A DNA stretch of 63,910 nt, filler included, from Octopus bimaculoides (taxonomy: Eukaryota): NCBI RefSeq assembly GCF_001194135.2. It is 8 parts of 8 records of this genome, joined end to end, with 100 filler letters (N's around TTAATTAATTAA, not from the genome) between each part and the next. Parts side by side here need not be neighbours in the genome. Positions count along the whole stretch, not along the records: positions 35,561 to 49,635 come from NC_068993.1; positions 49,736 to 53,175 come from NC_069006.1; 6 more parts are not named here. The stretch is one strand, 5' to 3'. How positions within the stretch are numbered: the first letter of the stretch is position 1; every line of letters begins with the position of its first letter. The translations under genes were made by a program, and so were the position numbers. Positions 39,166 to 50,679 of the stretch are shown here, one piece after another. The notes under the pieces are model-generated. The model was not told the DNA's origin, made no database searches, and worked only from the letters and a program-made list of their open reading frames with translations.

Positions 39166-40117
39166 AGTCATTTTTTAAGTTTTGTTTTGCTTTTCAGACA
39201 CAGTGTATCTAAAACCATATTATCTTCTTTTATGTGGCTGTAGAGTGTGACTTGAGGGCGGAGGGGGGAGAGAAAGAGAGAGATATATATGTAGAGAGAG
39301 ATTTGGCTGCTATTTCTAACAGGTTGAGTGACTATGTAGAGGTTCCCTCATATACTGTGATAGTCACAATGATGATGATAGTAATTAGAGTTCTGTCTTG
39401 ATAAACTGAGTAGGTAAGAATAAGAAGAGAGAAATAAGTGAAGAACAGTCTTTTTTATCTACTTCAACTTTCCACTCCTCCTTTTCTTTACCCCTACCAT
39501 ACCTTTCATTGTTTTCATTTACTAATTTTTCTCCTCCTCCCTCCCCACATAACCTATATTTCCTTTTCTATTCATTTCTTTATTCTTCTGCCACCACCAT
39601 TACCATTTCCACATTTTGTGTTCAGACCTCTTCCCACTCCTATCTTCAGCTTTTTAACATCTTTCTTTCTTTCCCCACCCTTTCTAACTCCCTCTCTCAC
39701 TAATCCACCACTTCCAACACCACTGCTCTGTTTCTTTAGTCCTCTCTCCCTCTCTCTATTTCTGGCTTTTCTATTTGCTTCTTTCTCCTTGCTCATATTT
39801 CTCACCCTTCTCCTCTCCCCATTCCTTCAAGTTTCCATATACATTTATTTGACTTTAGAGAGAAGTAATGCTGAAAGGATGGGGGTGGAAATCCCCTCCT
39901 CTTTCAATGACAACTGCTTATGTTATTGAAGTGATGATAATGAAGATAATGATGATGGTTGTCAAAACTCAAATATGATCCAGTAGATATATGATATAAA
40001 TTATTACATCTGCAGTTTTATGAATAAGTAGAACTTATCCATATTTTGACAGGTAAGGTAGTCTAGCTTCTTAACCTGCAAGAAATAATAGACACATTTT
40101 CCTAAGCACAGATTCTG

Positions 40118-40812
40118 GGGCTAGCTTACCTGTCAAAATATGGTGGCAAGGCCCTTTGATCTCAGTCTCATTGGCCTTGTTAGCTTTGTCTTGTTGATGA
40201 CCTCTTGTTATGTCCTCAACAGAGTTCTCCACAGTACAATTGAACCTACTGTGATTGGGGAACGTGAGGCAGCCTTCACAACATGAAGCCTGCTTGGCTT
40301 GTGCCCTGCTGACATCCATCCCCCTCTCCCTTTTGTGAACGTCAGGTTCTCTCAAAAGTTATGGAATGCCATCCAGTGTAGTATGATCTCAGTTGGGATA
40401 GTGTGCCAACTTGACCAGCACCATCTTCCATGTTTCAGCTCAGCCTCTGAGCCTCACAGTGGAGCCAGGCTTAATGTGGTGCCATCACTTGTGACTAGCA
40501 CTCAGCTTGATAATGACTGTCTGAGCATGTTTCCCTAAGGCTTAACCTCCAGATATGTGAGCCTCATGAATGCCACTGTGGATCCAGGCTCTACTGCTCA
40601 TCAGGCTTCTGAAAAAAGCAAACTGTCAAAGTATCAGTCACTCTCTGACAGGTTTATGGTTGAGTTTGTGACAGTATAATCCTCCAGTGTTCTCTGCCTT
40701 TTCAGGACAGAGATGGCTATCTGCAAATACAAGCCCCATGAATTAGTGTGACTGTTCCAGTGCATGTCCCTCACCGTCCACTGGGGCAATGTCTTTTCCA
40801 TTTTGTTAACTG
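40118..40812 (+). mobile_element. CRE-clade RLE non-LTR retrotransposon 3' remnant, internally deleted
   Basis: ASLPVKYGG, HSGARLNVVPS...LDND, SLRLNLQICEPHECHCG, KLSKYQSL, LFQCMSLTVHWGN correspond to CRE C-terminal motifs. Confidence 0.75.
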
Positions 40813-40989
40813 GAACCATGAGTCAGTGTTAATTAATATGAGAAATTCAATCAAAAATTAAGTCTAGTAGTTATAATATGTATAATTCATACTCCATTAT
40901 ACATCTCATTCATTCACTCAGATTACTTTTTATTTATCAGTGGCTCAGTAAAGGCTCCTTTGTAGATTCCAGTGTGATGGTAGAGACAC

Positions 40990-41366
40990 AATATCAGTAA
41001 AGGCATAGGAGAGGGATGGCAGTGACATAAAAAAAAGAAAATGACATTCTGTTGGATACAAAGATGAGGATTCCAGCTGATTCAATTAACAGAACAGCCT
41101 GCTTATGAAAATTAGTGTGCAAGTGGCTGAGCACTCCACAGACACACACACCCTTAACATAGTTCTCAGGGAGATCCAGTGTGAGACAGAATGTGACAAG
41201 GCTAGCTTTTGAAGTATAGGTGCTACTCATTTTTGCCAGCTGATTGAACAGCAACAACATGAAATAAAGTGTCTTGCTTAAGGATACTGTGTGCTACCAG
41301 ACATTGAACTCGTAACATTATGATCATGAACTGAACACCCTAACCATTAAGTGATGTGCCTTCACA
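40990..41366 (-). mobile_element. tRNA-derived SINE, family E
   Basis: Minus strand TAATGGTTAGGGTGTTC..GAGTTCAATG..CCTTAAGCAAGACACTTTATTTCA..CAGCTGGCAAAAATGAGTA. Confidence 0.65.
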
Positions 41367-42077
41367 AAAGCGTAAAATGGGCTGAAGCACATGGTATAGG
41401 CACAGTATGATTATGGGCACCATATGAGCAGAGAAAATGTGTGAGAAAGGCGCAGTATGAACAGACCTACATACAGGTAATGGTACAACACAAACAATAG
41501 AACAATATATTTGAAGAACCGAGGTTTTGTGGATCTGTGATAACATTAATGTCATCACCACTACTACTTCAACCACCATGATCATCCTGAACTCAGCCCT
41601 CCTCCACCACCACCACCATGACTACCACTTCTAAAACATCTCTTCATCCACTACCCTCATTACCACCACCGTGACAGCTTGCTACAACAATAACAGGATG
41701 GAAGATGACCAACATGTTTCTTATAGAAGGCAACATGTTTACATCTTCATTGCTATGAGGATGGTGGTGGTGGTGGTGATGGTGGTAGTGATCATGATGT
41801 TAGCTGTAATGTCAGCTAATATCACCACTGGTGGTGGTGTTAGTCGTGCTGTAGCAGTAGTTGCTTTAGCCTCAGGTCAGTCCTCACTGAGAAGAATTAT
41901 GGTCAAAGGCCTTCTAGCAATCATCAACTCATCTATTTCTTATGCACACAGAACCCCAAGATTACATTATTCAGCATGTCCCTTTTTTCTAAAAATAATG
42001 GGGTGTGATTTAAGGGTAACTTTCATGCTATTTTAAACAAATTGAGTGACCATGTAGATTTACTACTTAGGTGTTTC

Positions 42078-42108
<31 letters not shown>

Positions 42109-43012
42109 TGAATGATGATGATGATGTTGATAGGTCATTATAAAGAAAGGCTAATGCTTTTGACTCAAGGTGTGAGATCAAAAGAGGAGAGAGAAAGTTA
42201 AAATAATGGGATGTGAAGGAAAGAGGTGCAGAGAAAGGTGAAAGAACAAATAGCTGAGGGTGATGGAAAGAGGTAAGTTGAGTGACAAGAGGAATAGTAT
42301 TGTGGTGATGATAATGCAGAATATCCTGTAGCTATATGATAATAACCATGTTGATGATTATATGGAGCTGGTGATGATTATGTGGAGTTGGTGATAGTTA
42401 TGGTGGTGGTGGTGCTGATAATGAAGTTGGTGATGTAATGGTAATATTGGTTTTGGTAGCAGCAATGATGTTCTTATGGTGGTGGTAGTAGTGATAGAGA
42501 TGATGGTGAGTTAAGGAAGCCCCCTACCAAAATAGGAATTTTTGTACCCTGCCCTCTTTATTAAAAAGTTACAAGGGTTTAAAAGCATCTTTAACCCTTT
42601 AGTATTTAAACTGGCCTTGTCCGGCTCAAATATTCTACCTATTTTAAGTTCAAACTGGACAGATCTAGCCCCTCACACCTACCATGCAATGTCAGTCTAG
42701 AAATATACTGTTATATCATTGAAATCTTGAAGCTATGAGATAAAGCATGATTAATTCAAAGCCCACCTCAAATGATGATGTGCCACGGTGGTGGTACTTG
42801 TTTTTAGAAGGACGGAAAGGAACATGCAGTGTGAGGGAACATGCAGGCTTAGGTAGGTAGATAGGAAGGTAGGCAGCAGCAGTAGTAGTTGTTGCTGCTG
42901 TTGTTGAAATAATGTCATTTGAGAAAAGATGGTGATTATGATGACGAAACTGATGCAGTAGTCGGAGTATTGGTGAATAGATATAGTATCACTAGTAGCA
43001 GTACTTTAATAA

Positions 43013-43228
43013 TCCTTTCTACTATAGGCACAAGGCCTGAAATTTTGGGGGAGGAGACCAGTCAATTACATCGACCCCAGTGTTTCACTGGTACTTAATT
43101 TATCAACCCTGAAAGGATGAAAGGCAAAGTCACCCACAGCAGCATCTGAACTCGGAATGTAAAGACAGGCGAAATACCACTCAAGCATTTTGCCTGGAAT
43201 GCTAACGATTCTGTCAGCTCACCACCTT
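43013..43228 (-). mobile_element. SINE family A
   Basis: TTATCAACCCTGAAAGGATGAAAGGCAAAGTC central domain on the plus strand. Confidence 0.8.
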
Positions 43229-43844
43229 AGCAGTACTTTAATAATGTTATAAAAATTATGATGGTGATTATGGTTGCAGATATGGCTGAGTAGTTAAGTT
43301 TCCTCTTCTATCATGAGGTCCTGGGATTGACCTCACTGCATTGTATCTTGGGCATCTTTTACTATAGCATCAAGTCGCACCAAGTCAACCTGTAAGTGAA
43401 CTTGAATAGACAGAAATTGTCTGGAAGTCTGCTGGATTTAATGTATCTGTAATTCCAGAGTTCAGCTATATTACATATTGTTTTACACTGATTGAGAGCG
43501 AGAATTATATTATACATGTATCTGAGGAATACTTCTCCTCCTCCTCCACCACCACCATCACCTCATCATCAGCAGCAGCATTGTTTTAATGCTAACTTTT
43601 CCAATCTTTGAACGGATCAGACAGAATTCATTGAGGTAAATTTTCTATCATCAGATGCTCTTCCTGTTACTGACCTTCACCTGTTTCCAAGGAAGGTTAT
43701 ATTTCCCCATATATGGAAATGTTTACAAGGTAGATTGGAAACAAAAATCACTGCTTGCATGATGGTGACAATTATTTACAACCATCACATAATGTCAAGA
43801 CAAGATTTGTGAGAAGCAGATACAAACACACATACATATATGTA

Positions 43845-43995
43845 TACAATGGATTTCTTTCAGTTTCTGTTTAGTAAATCCATTTACAAGGCTTTGGTTG
43901 GCTTGGGGATATAGTAGAAGACTCTTCCTCAAAGTGCTGTGCAATGGGACTAAACTTAATAATGTAACTAGGAAACAAACTTCTTAACCACAGTC
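43845..43995 (-). mobile_element. SINE family B, 5' half
   Basis: TTTCTTTCAGTTTCTG..CAAGGCTTTGGT..TATAGTAGAAGAC. Confidence 0.7.
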
Positions 43996-44159
43996 TGTGC
44001 TGAGCATATTCTATCACATACATCATCATCATCATCGTTTAACATCAGCTTTCCATGCTTGCATGGGTTGGGCAATTTGACTGGGGACTGGCGACTGGCT
44101 ACACTAGGCTCCAATCTGATCTGGCAGTTTTTACAACTGAATGCCCTTCCTACTGCTGT

Positions 44160-45000
44160 CCCTTGTTTTGAGACCTGCCACAGGTCTCACTATATATCAC
44201 AATCTTTTATCTTACTTTATCCCACCACCCACCTCAGTACATTGTCTTGCAACCTATCACAATTCTTCATTTCCTTACCTACCTACTTTTTGCAGTCTTT
44301 GACATCAGTACTTTATCCTGCCGCCTGATGTTTTTGACATCAACCCATTATCTTGCTGCCTACCACTTCACCTACTGTACTTCATTGCTTTGTTACATGT
44401 CACAGTCCTTCATCTAATCACCTATTGCTGTCTATTGTCTCACCATCTGTCACAGTCCTTCATCTCACCATCTACCCTAGTACTTTGCTTTTCTGCCTCT
44501 CAAACTTCTTTATTTTACCACTTAGTGTAGGTCATTGTCTTGCAACTTATTTCATTTCTTTACCTCCGTACTTTTAATACTCCTTTCTCTTGCTACCTGT
44601 CATAGTTCTTTATCTTATCACCGACCACATTCCATCAATTTCCTCCAGCTGGATTCCTTCATCTCACCACCTATCACTGTCTTTTGTCTAACTCTTACAG
44701 TTCTACATTTTGTCACCTTCTGTAGTCTTACATCTTGGTAACTGTTGCAGTTCTTCATCACACAATCTACCATTTCTTACAGCTCATTACAGTCTTTCAT
44801 CTCACCACCTGACAGGGTCTTGCATTTTCCCACCTAGTGTAGTTAATTTTTCTCATCACCTATCTGTCCTTCATCTCATCACCTACACAATCTTTTGTCT
44901 CACCACCTGCCACAAACCTTTGTCTTGCTACCTTCTGCTACCTGTTATTGTCCTTCATCTTGCTATCTTCCACAGTCTTTCATCTTCACATTTGAGAAGT
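44160..45000. repeat. Degenerate C/T-rich minisatellite (CACAGTCCTTCATCTCACCACCT-like unit)
   Basis: Recurrent CAGTC(C/T)TTCATCT and CTCACCACCT motifs. Confidence 0.75.
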
Positions 45001-45667
45001 TGTTTGAAAAACTAGATACCCTATATCTACTTTGTCCCTGTTCACCAGTACTAAGTAGACTGTCTTTTTCACAAGATTAAAGAAACCTCTCTACTCTATT
45101 TTTTTTTCTTATGATGGCAGTGTTATGGTTGTGATGTTGAGAGGTTTATGGGGTTGGTGGTGTTAGTGGTAGAGTTAATGATGGTAGCATTAGTGCTTGT
45201 GTTGCTACTATTAGTGGTGAAGTGGCGGTGATGATGTAAGGGTTGTAGTTATTAGCAGTGATATGGAGAAGCCAGTAACAGAAGTAGTGGAGGGATGGTG
45301 GTGTAGAAAAGGTGCTGTGAAGATAATGGTGTTACTAGTGGAAATTGATGGTATAGAGAAGTGGTGGTGGTGGACAGTAGATGCTGGTGGTAGAGTAGAG
45401 AAGGAAGAATGCTAAAGTAGGTTACCACTGATTAGTCAGTCAGATCTCTACTTCTCACAATAGCAACACAGGATAGGTTATGTCTCAAGTGTTTATATCT
45501 TCATTACACACACACACACACACGCACACGCGCGCACACACACAATAAGGAGAGGGAGTGGTGAAAGAGGAAAATAGTGTGGTCAGACAGTGGTGGTGAG
45601 AGAGTTGTGGTCAACCCCTACCTAGCCTTCTACTTTGATTCCATCAACATCTAGGATGTATTATAGG

Positions 45668-45985
45668 AATATAGATTTCAAATTTTGGCAAAAGGCCAGT
45701 AATTTGGGGGAAGGGTATGTCAATTACATCAACCTCAGTGCTCAACTGCTTCTTAGTTTATTGACCCCAAAAAGCAAAGTTGACCTTGATCTCAAAGACA
45801 GGTGAAATACTCACAAAGCATTTTGCCAGCTTGCCGCCTTACATTATAGCCTTATTAAATGTATCTTGGTAATTTGATTGGTATGTTTAATTCTATAAGG
45901 CAAAATCTCTTTTACCAAACCACTAGGTTACAGGAACATAAACACACCAATACCAGTTGTCAAAAAGTGGTGGGAGACACACAAA
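45668..45985 (-). mobile_element. Adjacent SINE A (45668-45840) and SINE B (45905-45985) fragments
   Basis: Alignment by eye to better copies. Confidence 0.65.
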
Positions 45986-46211
45986 GACACACACACAAAT
46001 AGAACACAGTATTAACTTATAAACTTTTAACATACTTGGTAGTATATTTTGGTTACTAAACAAAATATAGCGTCCCTAGCAGCAATTAATATGTACATAC
46101 AAGTTGCTAAGAACGTGTTTAATATGTAAATTGGTCTATCCAATAGTGTTGCACTGCTAAACATATTGGCTATTTAAGCAATGTGTACATGGATGGTTAA
46201 TGAGCTGGATG

Positions 46212-46258
46212 TGATGCTGAAGAAGGAGTAAGAACTCCTGAAATATGCATATACAACG
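46212..46258 (+). ncRNA. Minimal type I hammerhead ribozyme with intact catalytic core
   Basis: UGAUG-CUGAAGA-AGGAG-UAAGAA-CUCCU-GAAA-UAU-GC-AUA-UA|CAACG; predicted cleavage 46253/46254. Confidence 0.8.
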
Positions 46259-46259
46259 A

Positions 46260-47056
46260 GGTGGCTAAATGTAATCAGAAAAGTTCTCTGAAGGACAAGC
46301 CCTTTGTAGTTCAGGTTTCCAATGCTAAAAGTCACTTGATGCGACCCTCAGGCAGCAGTCTGCTGACTGGTAGAGAGAAGTCATCGAGTGAAGTGCGTCT
46401 TTGTTTTGCAACGTTTTTCCCCTGTAAGCTCCAAACAGCTTACAAGGATGCTGCCATGAGTAAAGCACAAATTTACAAGTGGTTTTCATGTTTTAGGGAT
46501 GGTCATTTGTTGCTTGAAGAGGTGACCATTCAGGGTGACCATCGACCTCCCAAACGTAGGAAAACATGAAAATTCATGAGCTGATTTTGGAGGACCGTCA
46601 CCAAACAATTGATGAACTTGTTGATATGACTGGTGTGTCCAGGAGTTCCTGCTAACGAATTTTGAGTGAGGTATTGTGAATGGAAAGAGTTGCAAGAAAA
46701 TTTGCACCTCATTTGCTCATGGAAGATCGAAAGCGGTTACTACTGAATGCATGTCATGAACCGAAAGAACAGTTGGAAGTTGATCCAGAGCTTTTTTCAA
46801 AGGTCATCACTGGTGACGAAAGCTGGTGCTACAGAATTTGCAGATGTGGGAGAGGTGAAGAAAAAAACGACAGAGGTGTTAAAAGGCATCACTTCACAAG
46901 AGTTCCAGCACTGCTTCAAACAGTGGAAAATGCGTTTGGACTGAGGCATCGCTTCAAATGGAAAATACTTTGAAGGCGATAAAAGTTTAAATATGTAAAG
47001 CTAAGTGAGTAAAATAATATTGCAAAATTGTGGTTTCTTTTGGGTACCCCCTCGTA
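46260..47056 (+). mobile_element. mariner element, internally deleted and decayed
   Basis: AYKDAAMSKAQIYKWF, RKFAPHLL, VITGDESWCY, then jumps at about 46832 to FADV.EVKKKTTEVLK..FQHCF.QWK.R; 3' TIR-like end GGGTACCCCCTCGTA. Confidence 0.88.
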
Positions 47057-47218
47057 CACCCATTCCCTATTTCTCTATCTTCGATCGCATTGTTAACATA
47101 GATGTATTAGTATACTAAACCTCATAATTTCAAGTGCAGGCTCTAAATTCTATAGAATGTCTGTAGAGGTAAATTAAAAGTCACACATGCACACACACAC
47201 ACACACACACACAGACAC

Positions 47219-47277
<59 letters not shown>

Positions 47278-47367
47278 GTACTGTTCTGTGACAGAAAATT
47301 CAACATAAAAAGTACTCCATCTAGTGAGAAATATTATTTATTTAAAGGGTATAAAACATGTATTTAA

Positions 47368-47416
47368 GCACTACTAATAGTGTCTATGTTGAGAAATAAT
47401 CATATTTTTCAGGCAC
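47368..47416 (-). ncRNA. Hammerhead remnant, left arm (inactive core)
   Basis: GUGC-CUGAAAA-...-GACA-CUAUUAG-UA|GUGC. Confidence 0.6.
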
Positions 47417-47968
47417 AAACCACATTTTGAATTATAGAAAATTTGAATTATAGAAGAAATGCAAAAAAAACAAAAAAAAACTGAGAAGGCAGCATATAGA
47501 AAATGCAGAAAGTAAACCACAGGAAACAAAAAATGGAAAATGAAAACATAAAAACTAAAATGTAAAAAATAAAAAGTAAAAAGGTAAAAGAGCTATCCTC
47601 CTTATCTTAAATGTTAAGGTTGGAAAGAGATCGAGTTAGTCAGGAATAGGTGGAATTTTCCAATTCTTCAAAATATATTTATACATATGCTTGCAACTAC
47701 TGAAAATTTCTTAACTCGAATTCAGTAGAGAGTTAGGGATCTTAGATCTGAACAGGATCTGCACTCTTTCAGTTAAACAAAGCCTACATTTATTCTATCC
47801 ATTCACATAAGGTATGGATTTCTCAATTACTTTCCATTTAATCACATGTGGTGTTTCATTATCTTTCAAAGTCCATACATAGATGAAAGAGCAAAGATCT
47901 TGTTCAGATCTGAGATCCCTAACTCTCTATTGAACTCTAGGTCAGAAATGTTCAGTGGTTGCATGCAT

Positions 47969-48377
47969 AGGTGCAGGAGTGGCTGTGTAGTAAGAAGCTT
48001 GCTTCCCAACCACATGGATCTAGGTTCAGTCCCACTGCATGGCACCTTGGGCAAGGGTCTTCTACAATAGCTCAGGTTGACCAAAGCCTTGTGAGTGGAT
48101 TTGGTAGAAGGGAACTGAAAGAAGCTCATCATATATATATATATATATATAAATGTATGTATTTGTTATTTGTGTCTGTGTTTTTCCCCCCCTCCATCCA
48201 CTTGACAACCGATGATGGTATGTTTACATCCCTGTCACTTAGCGGTTTGGCAAAAAGAGACTATTAGAATAAGTACTAGGCTTACAAAGAATAAGTCCTG
48301 GGTTCGATTTGTTCAACTAAAGGCGGTGCTCCAGTATGGCCGCAGTCAAATGACTGAAACAAGTAAAAGAATAAAAG
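47969..48377 (+). mobile_element. SINE family B, full length, inserted in the PLE palindrome
   Basis: GCAGGAGTGGCTGTGTAGTAAG head through GTAAAAGAATAAAAGA tail. Confidence 0.9.
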
Positions 48378-48564
48378 ATCATCTAAGGTCTAAGGAGAAT
48401 AGCTCTTTTACCTTTTTACTTTTTATCTTTTACATTTTAGTTTTTGTTTTCATTTTCCGTTTTTTGTTTCCCATTTTTTATTTCCTGTTTTCTATATGCT
48501 GCCTTCTCAGTTTTTTTGCATTTCTCCTATTATTCAAGGTTTTTAGTTAGTTATGATGTGGTTT

Positions 48565-48618
48565 GCACCTGAAGAATATGCTTGAGTAATTCTCAACATA
48601 TGAAACTATAAGTAGCAC
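48565..48618 (+). ncRNA. Type I hammerhead, right arm (intact core, decayed helix I)
   Basis: GCAC-CUGAAGA-AUAUG-C-UUGAG-UAAUU-CUCAA-CAUAU-GAAA-CU-AUA-AG-UA|GCAC; predicted cleavage 48614/48615. Confidence 0.75.
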
Positions 48619-48656
48619 TTAAATACATGTATTGTGCCCTTTAAATAAATATATAT

Positions 48657-48768
48657 TTTGTGTCTGACATAAATTCTTTCTTCGTGTATAATGTTCATTA
48701 AGGTTGTTCTCTCTGTTGGTGTGGTGATGAACATTATGTATGAAGAAAGCATTTATGTTAGACGCAAA
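48657..48768 (+). ncRNA. 44-bp hairpin, candidate pri-miRNA or ADAR substrate
   Basis: Arms 48657-48700 and 48725-48768: 37 Watson-Crick, 6 G.U, 1 U.C; 24-nt loop. The structure is certain, the RNA function is not. Confidence 0.45.
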
Positions 48769-49763
48769 TGCGAGAAACACTTAAACAAGAAATTCACATG
48801 GATGAGGTATAAACTGTATATGTAGATGTACATATCAGTAGTGACTCCAGCCCTTTGGCTGTTCAGGCTTAGCCTGAGTATAAGTTTAGTAAAATGAACA
48901 TGTATTTGCAAGTTGATTTAATTTCTGCCAATACTGACTTCAAGTATGTAATTTCAGTCAATAATTCATGCTCCTTTTATTGAGCCTGGTCGCAGTTCAT
49001 TTATTTTCGGTCAGGGTGTCAAAAATTATCATTCATCACAGACGTTCTCTTGACATCATTCACATACGCCTGACTTGGGCTCAGAAGTTACAACCAGAAT
49101 TGTTATTTATAATTGTAAAAATTAAAAGTATTTCAAATTCAAATTCAATGTTTTCTTGAAACAACAAATTTCTATAGAGATGAACGATTTAAATTTCAAT
49201 CTAGGAAAAGTTTTCATTCTACAATATTCTTAAAGGAATGAAAAATTATTTAGCAACTCGGGCTAATACGAATGAGCCTGGTAAGTGTAAAAGTGAGATT
49301 GCTGTTTGTTATGGTAGAGAGGGGGAGAGAAAGTAATAGGGGTAGTTAAAAGTTTTCTTATGACTGCTTCTCTTCACTGCCTATTACTTCATTAGAAATC
49401 TAAGGATGCACATAAGCACATAATAGAGAAAAATGAAACAGATATGGACGACTTGCTCCGAAACACCACCGAGTGGGGAACACTTCTCAAAAATAACCTG
49501 CAGTTGTTTCCTTCAAAATTCCTACATGCTTGAAATGTACATACATCAAGGTACATTTGTACAAAATTTCATGAAAAAATATTCATTTTCCTGGAAGTTA
49601 AGAGGAATTTAAGTGGAATTTTCGAATATTGTACCNNNNNNNNNNNNNNNNNNNNNNNNNNNNNNNNNNNNNNNNNNNNTTAATTAATTAANNNNNNNNN
49701 NNNNNNNNNNNNNNNNNNNNNNNNNNNNNNNNNNNTATATATATATATATAGTCACTATGAGG

Positions 49764-49794
<31 letters not shown>

Positions 49795-50229
49795 AAAGTA
49801 TATGTGTGTAAGACTATGTTTTTGTATGTGCCTGTGAATGTGAGTATATGTATCAGAATATATGATTATGTGGTTCTGTGTGTGTGTGTGTGTGTGTGTG
49901 TATCTAAGTGTCTATTGTTAGTTATGAGGAAAAATGAAAGTTAAAATTTGAGAATATAATGTAACAATGTAGACTTTGATAATAACGTTGATCTATCTGT
50001 GTACGTGTGTGTGCATTTATGTGTGTGCATTATTATTAGCATACAAATACTGATCCAAGTACAGCTTTTGTATGCTGAAGTGTATGTGTTAGTCTGTGTA
50101 TATCAGAATCATTGTCGTTTTCGTCGTCTGACCACTTTTTCCATGCTTGCATGGGTCAGGCAGGGAGGGTCCAGAGTGTACTAGTCATATATTCAATTCC
50201 TCCCTAGGGATTGCATAATTTTTCTTCTT

Positions 50230-50592
50230 ATTTTCTTTTTGTTAAAATGTGGGTCCTAACTAAAAATAACATCATATGTACATTGCCCAAATACCTAGTC
50301 AATGACAAAAGTATATGTGCTTGGTTCTATATGGTGTATAAAATTACATGCAACAAATGTAGCAAATCCTACGTCAGAAGTGCCATCAGACAAGTACACA
50401 TCAGACAAGTGCACATCAGACAAGTGCAAAGGCTTCTTCTGTCAAAAAATACATTTGGGAATTCCACACCAAGACAGCCAGGTTTCCATTGAAACCACAG
50501 AATGAAACATTGGGAACCTGAGAATGAAAAAGGCCATCTTAATTAGCAAGACCAAACCACAAGCACATACAATAGTTGAGTTGAATCGTTTC
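50230..50592 (+). mobile_element. Penelope-like GIY-YIG endonuclease remnant
   Basis: VYKITCNKCSKSYV.S.IRQ.HIR and NLRMKKAILISKTKPQ; 15-bp triplication at 50385-50429. Confidence 0.75.
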
Positions 50593-50679
50593 TGAAATAA
50601 TTTCATTAAGAGAAACCATTTAGTTTCATAACATGGTCATGTTAAGAAAAGATGTACAAAAAATATAATTAGTTACTTA

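Larger units (their letters stand above)
47335..48651. mobile_element. Head-to-head inverted dimer of a Penelope-like element 3' end
   Basis: 47335-47620 is inverted at 48380-48651 and 47685-47770 at 47885-47968; arms encode ILFRS.IPNSLLNS..E.FS.C.H (PLE ORF C-terminus) followed by a hammerhead. Confidence 0.8.

Noticed and set aside
40035-40058. Plus-strand fused acceptor/donor TTTTGACAG|GTAAGG
   Set aside because: Explained as the inverted copy of the CRE element's 5' junction; noted under that finding.
47969-48030. tRNA-like A/B boxes at SINE heads (also 24181, 41310-41366)
   Set aside because: SINE promoters; no complete cloverleaf, so not annotated as tRNA genes.
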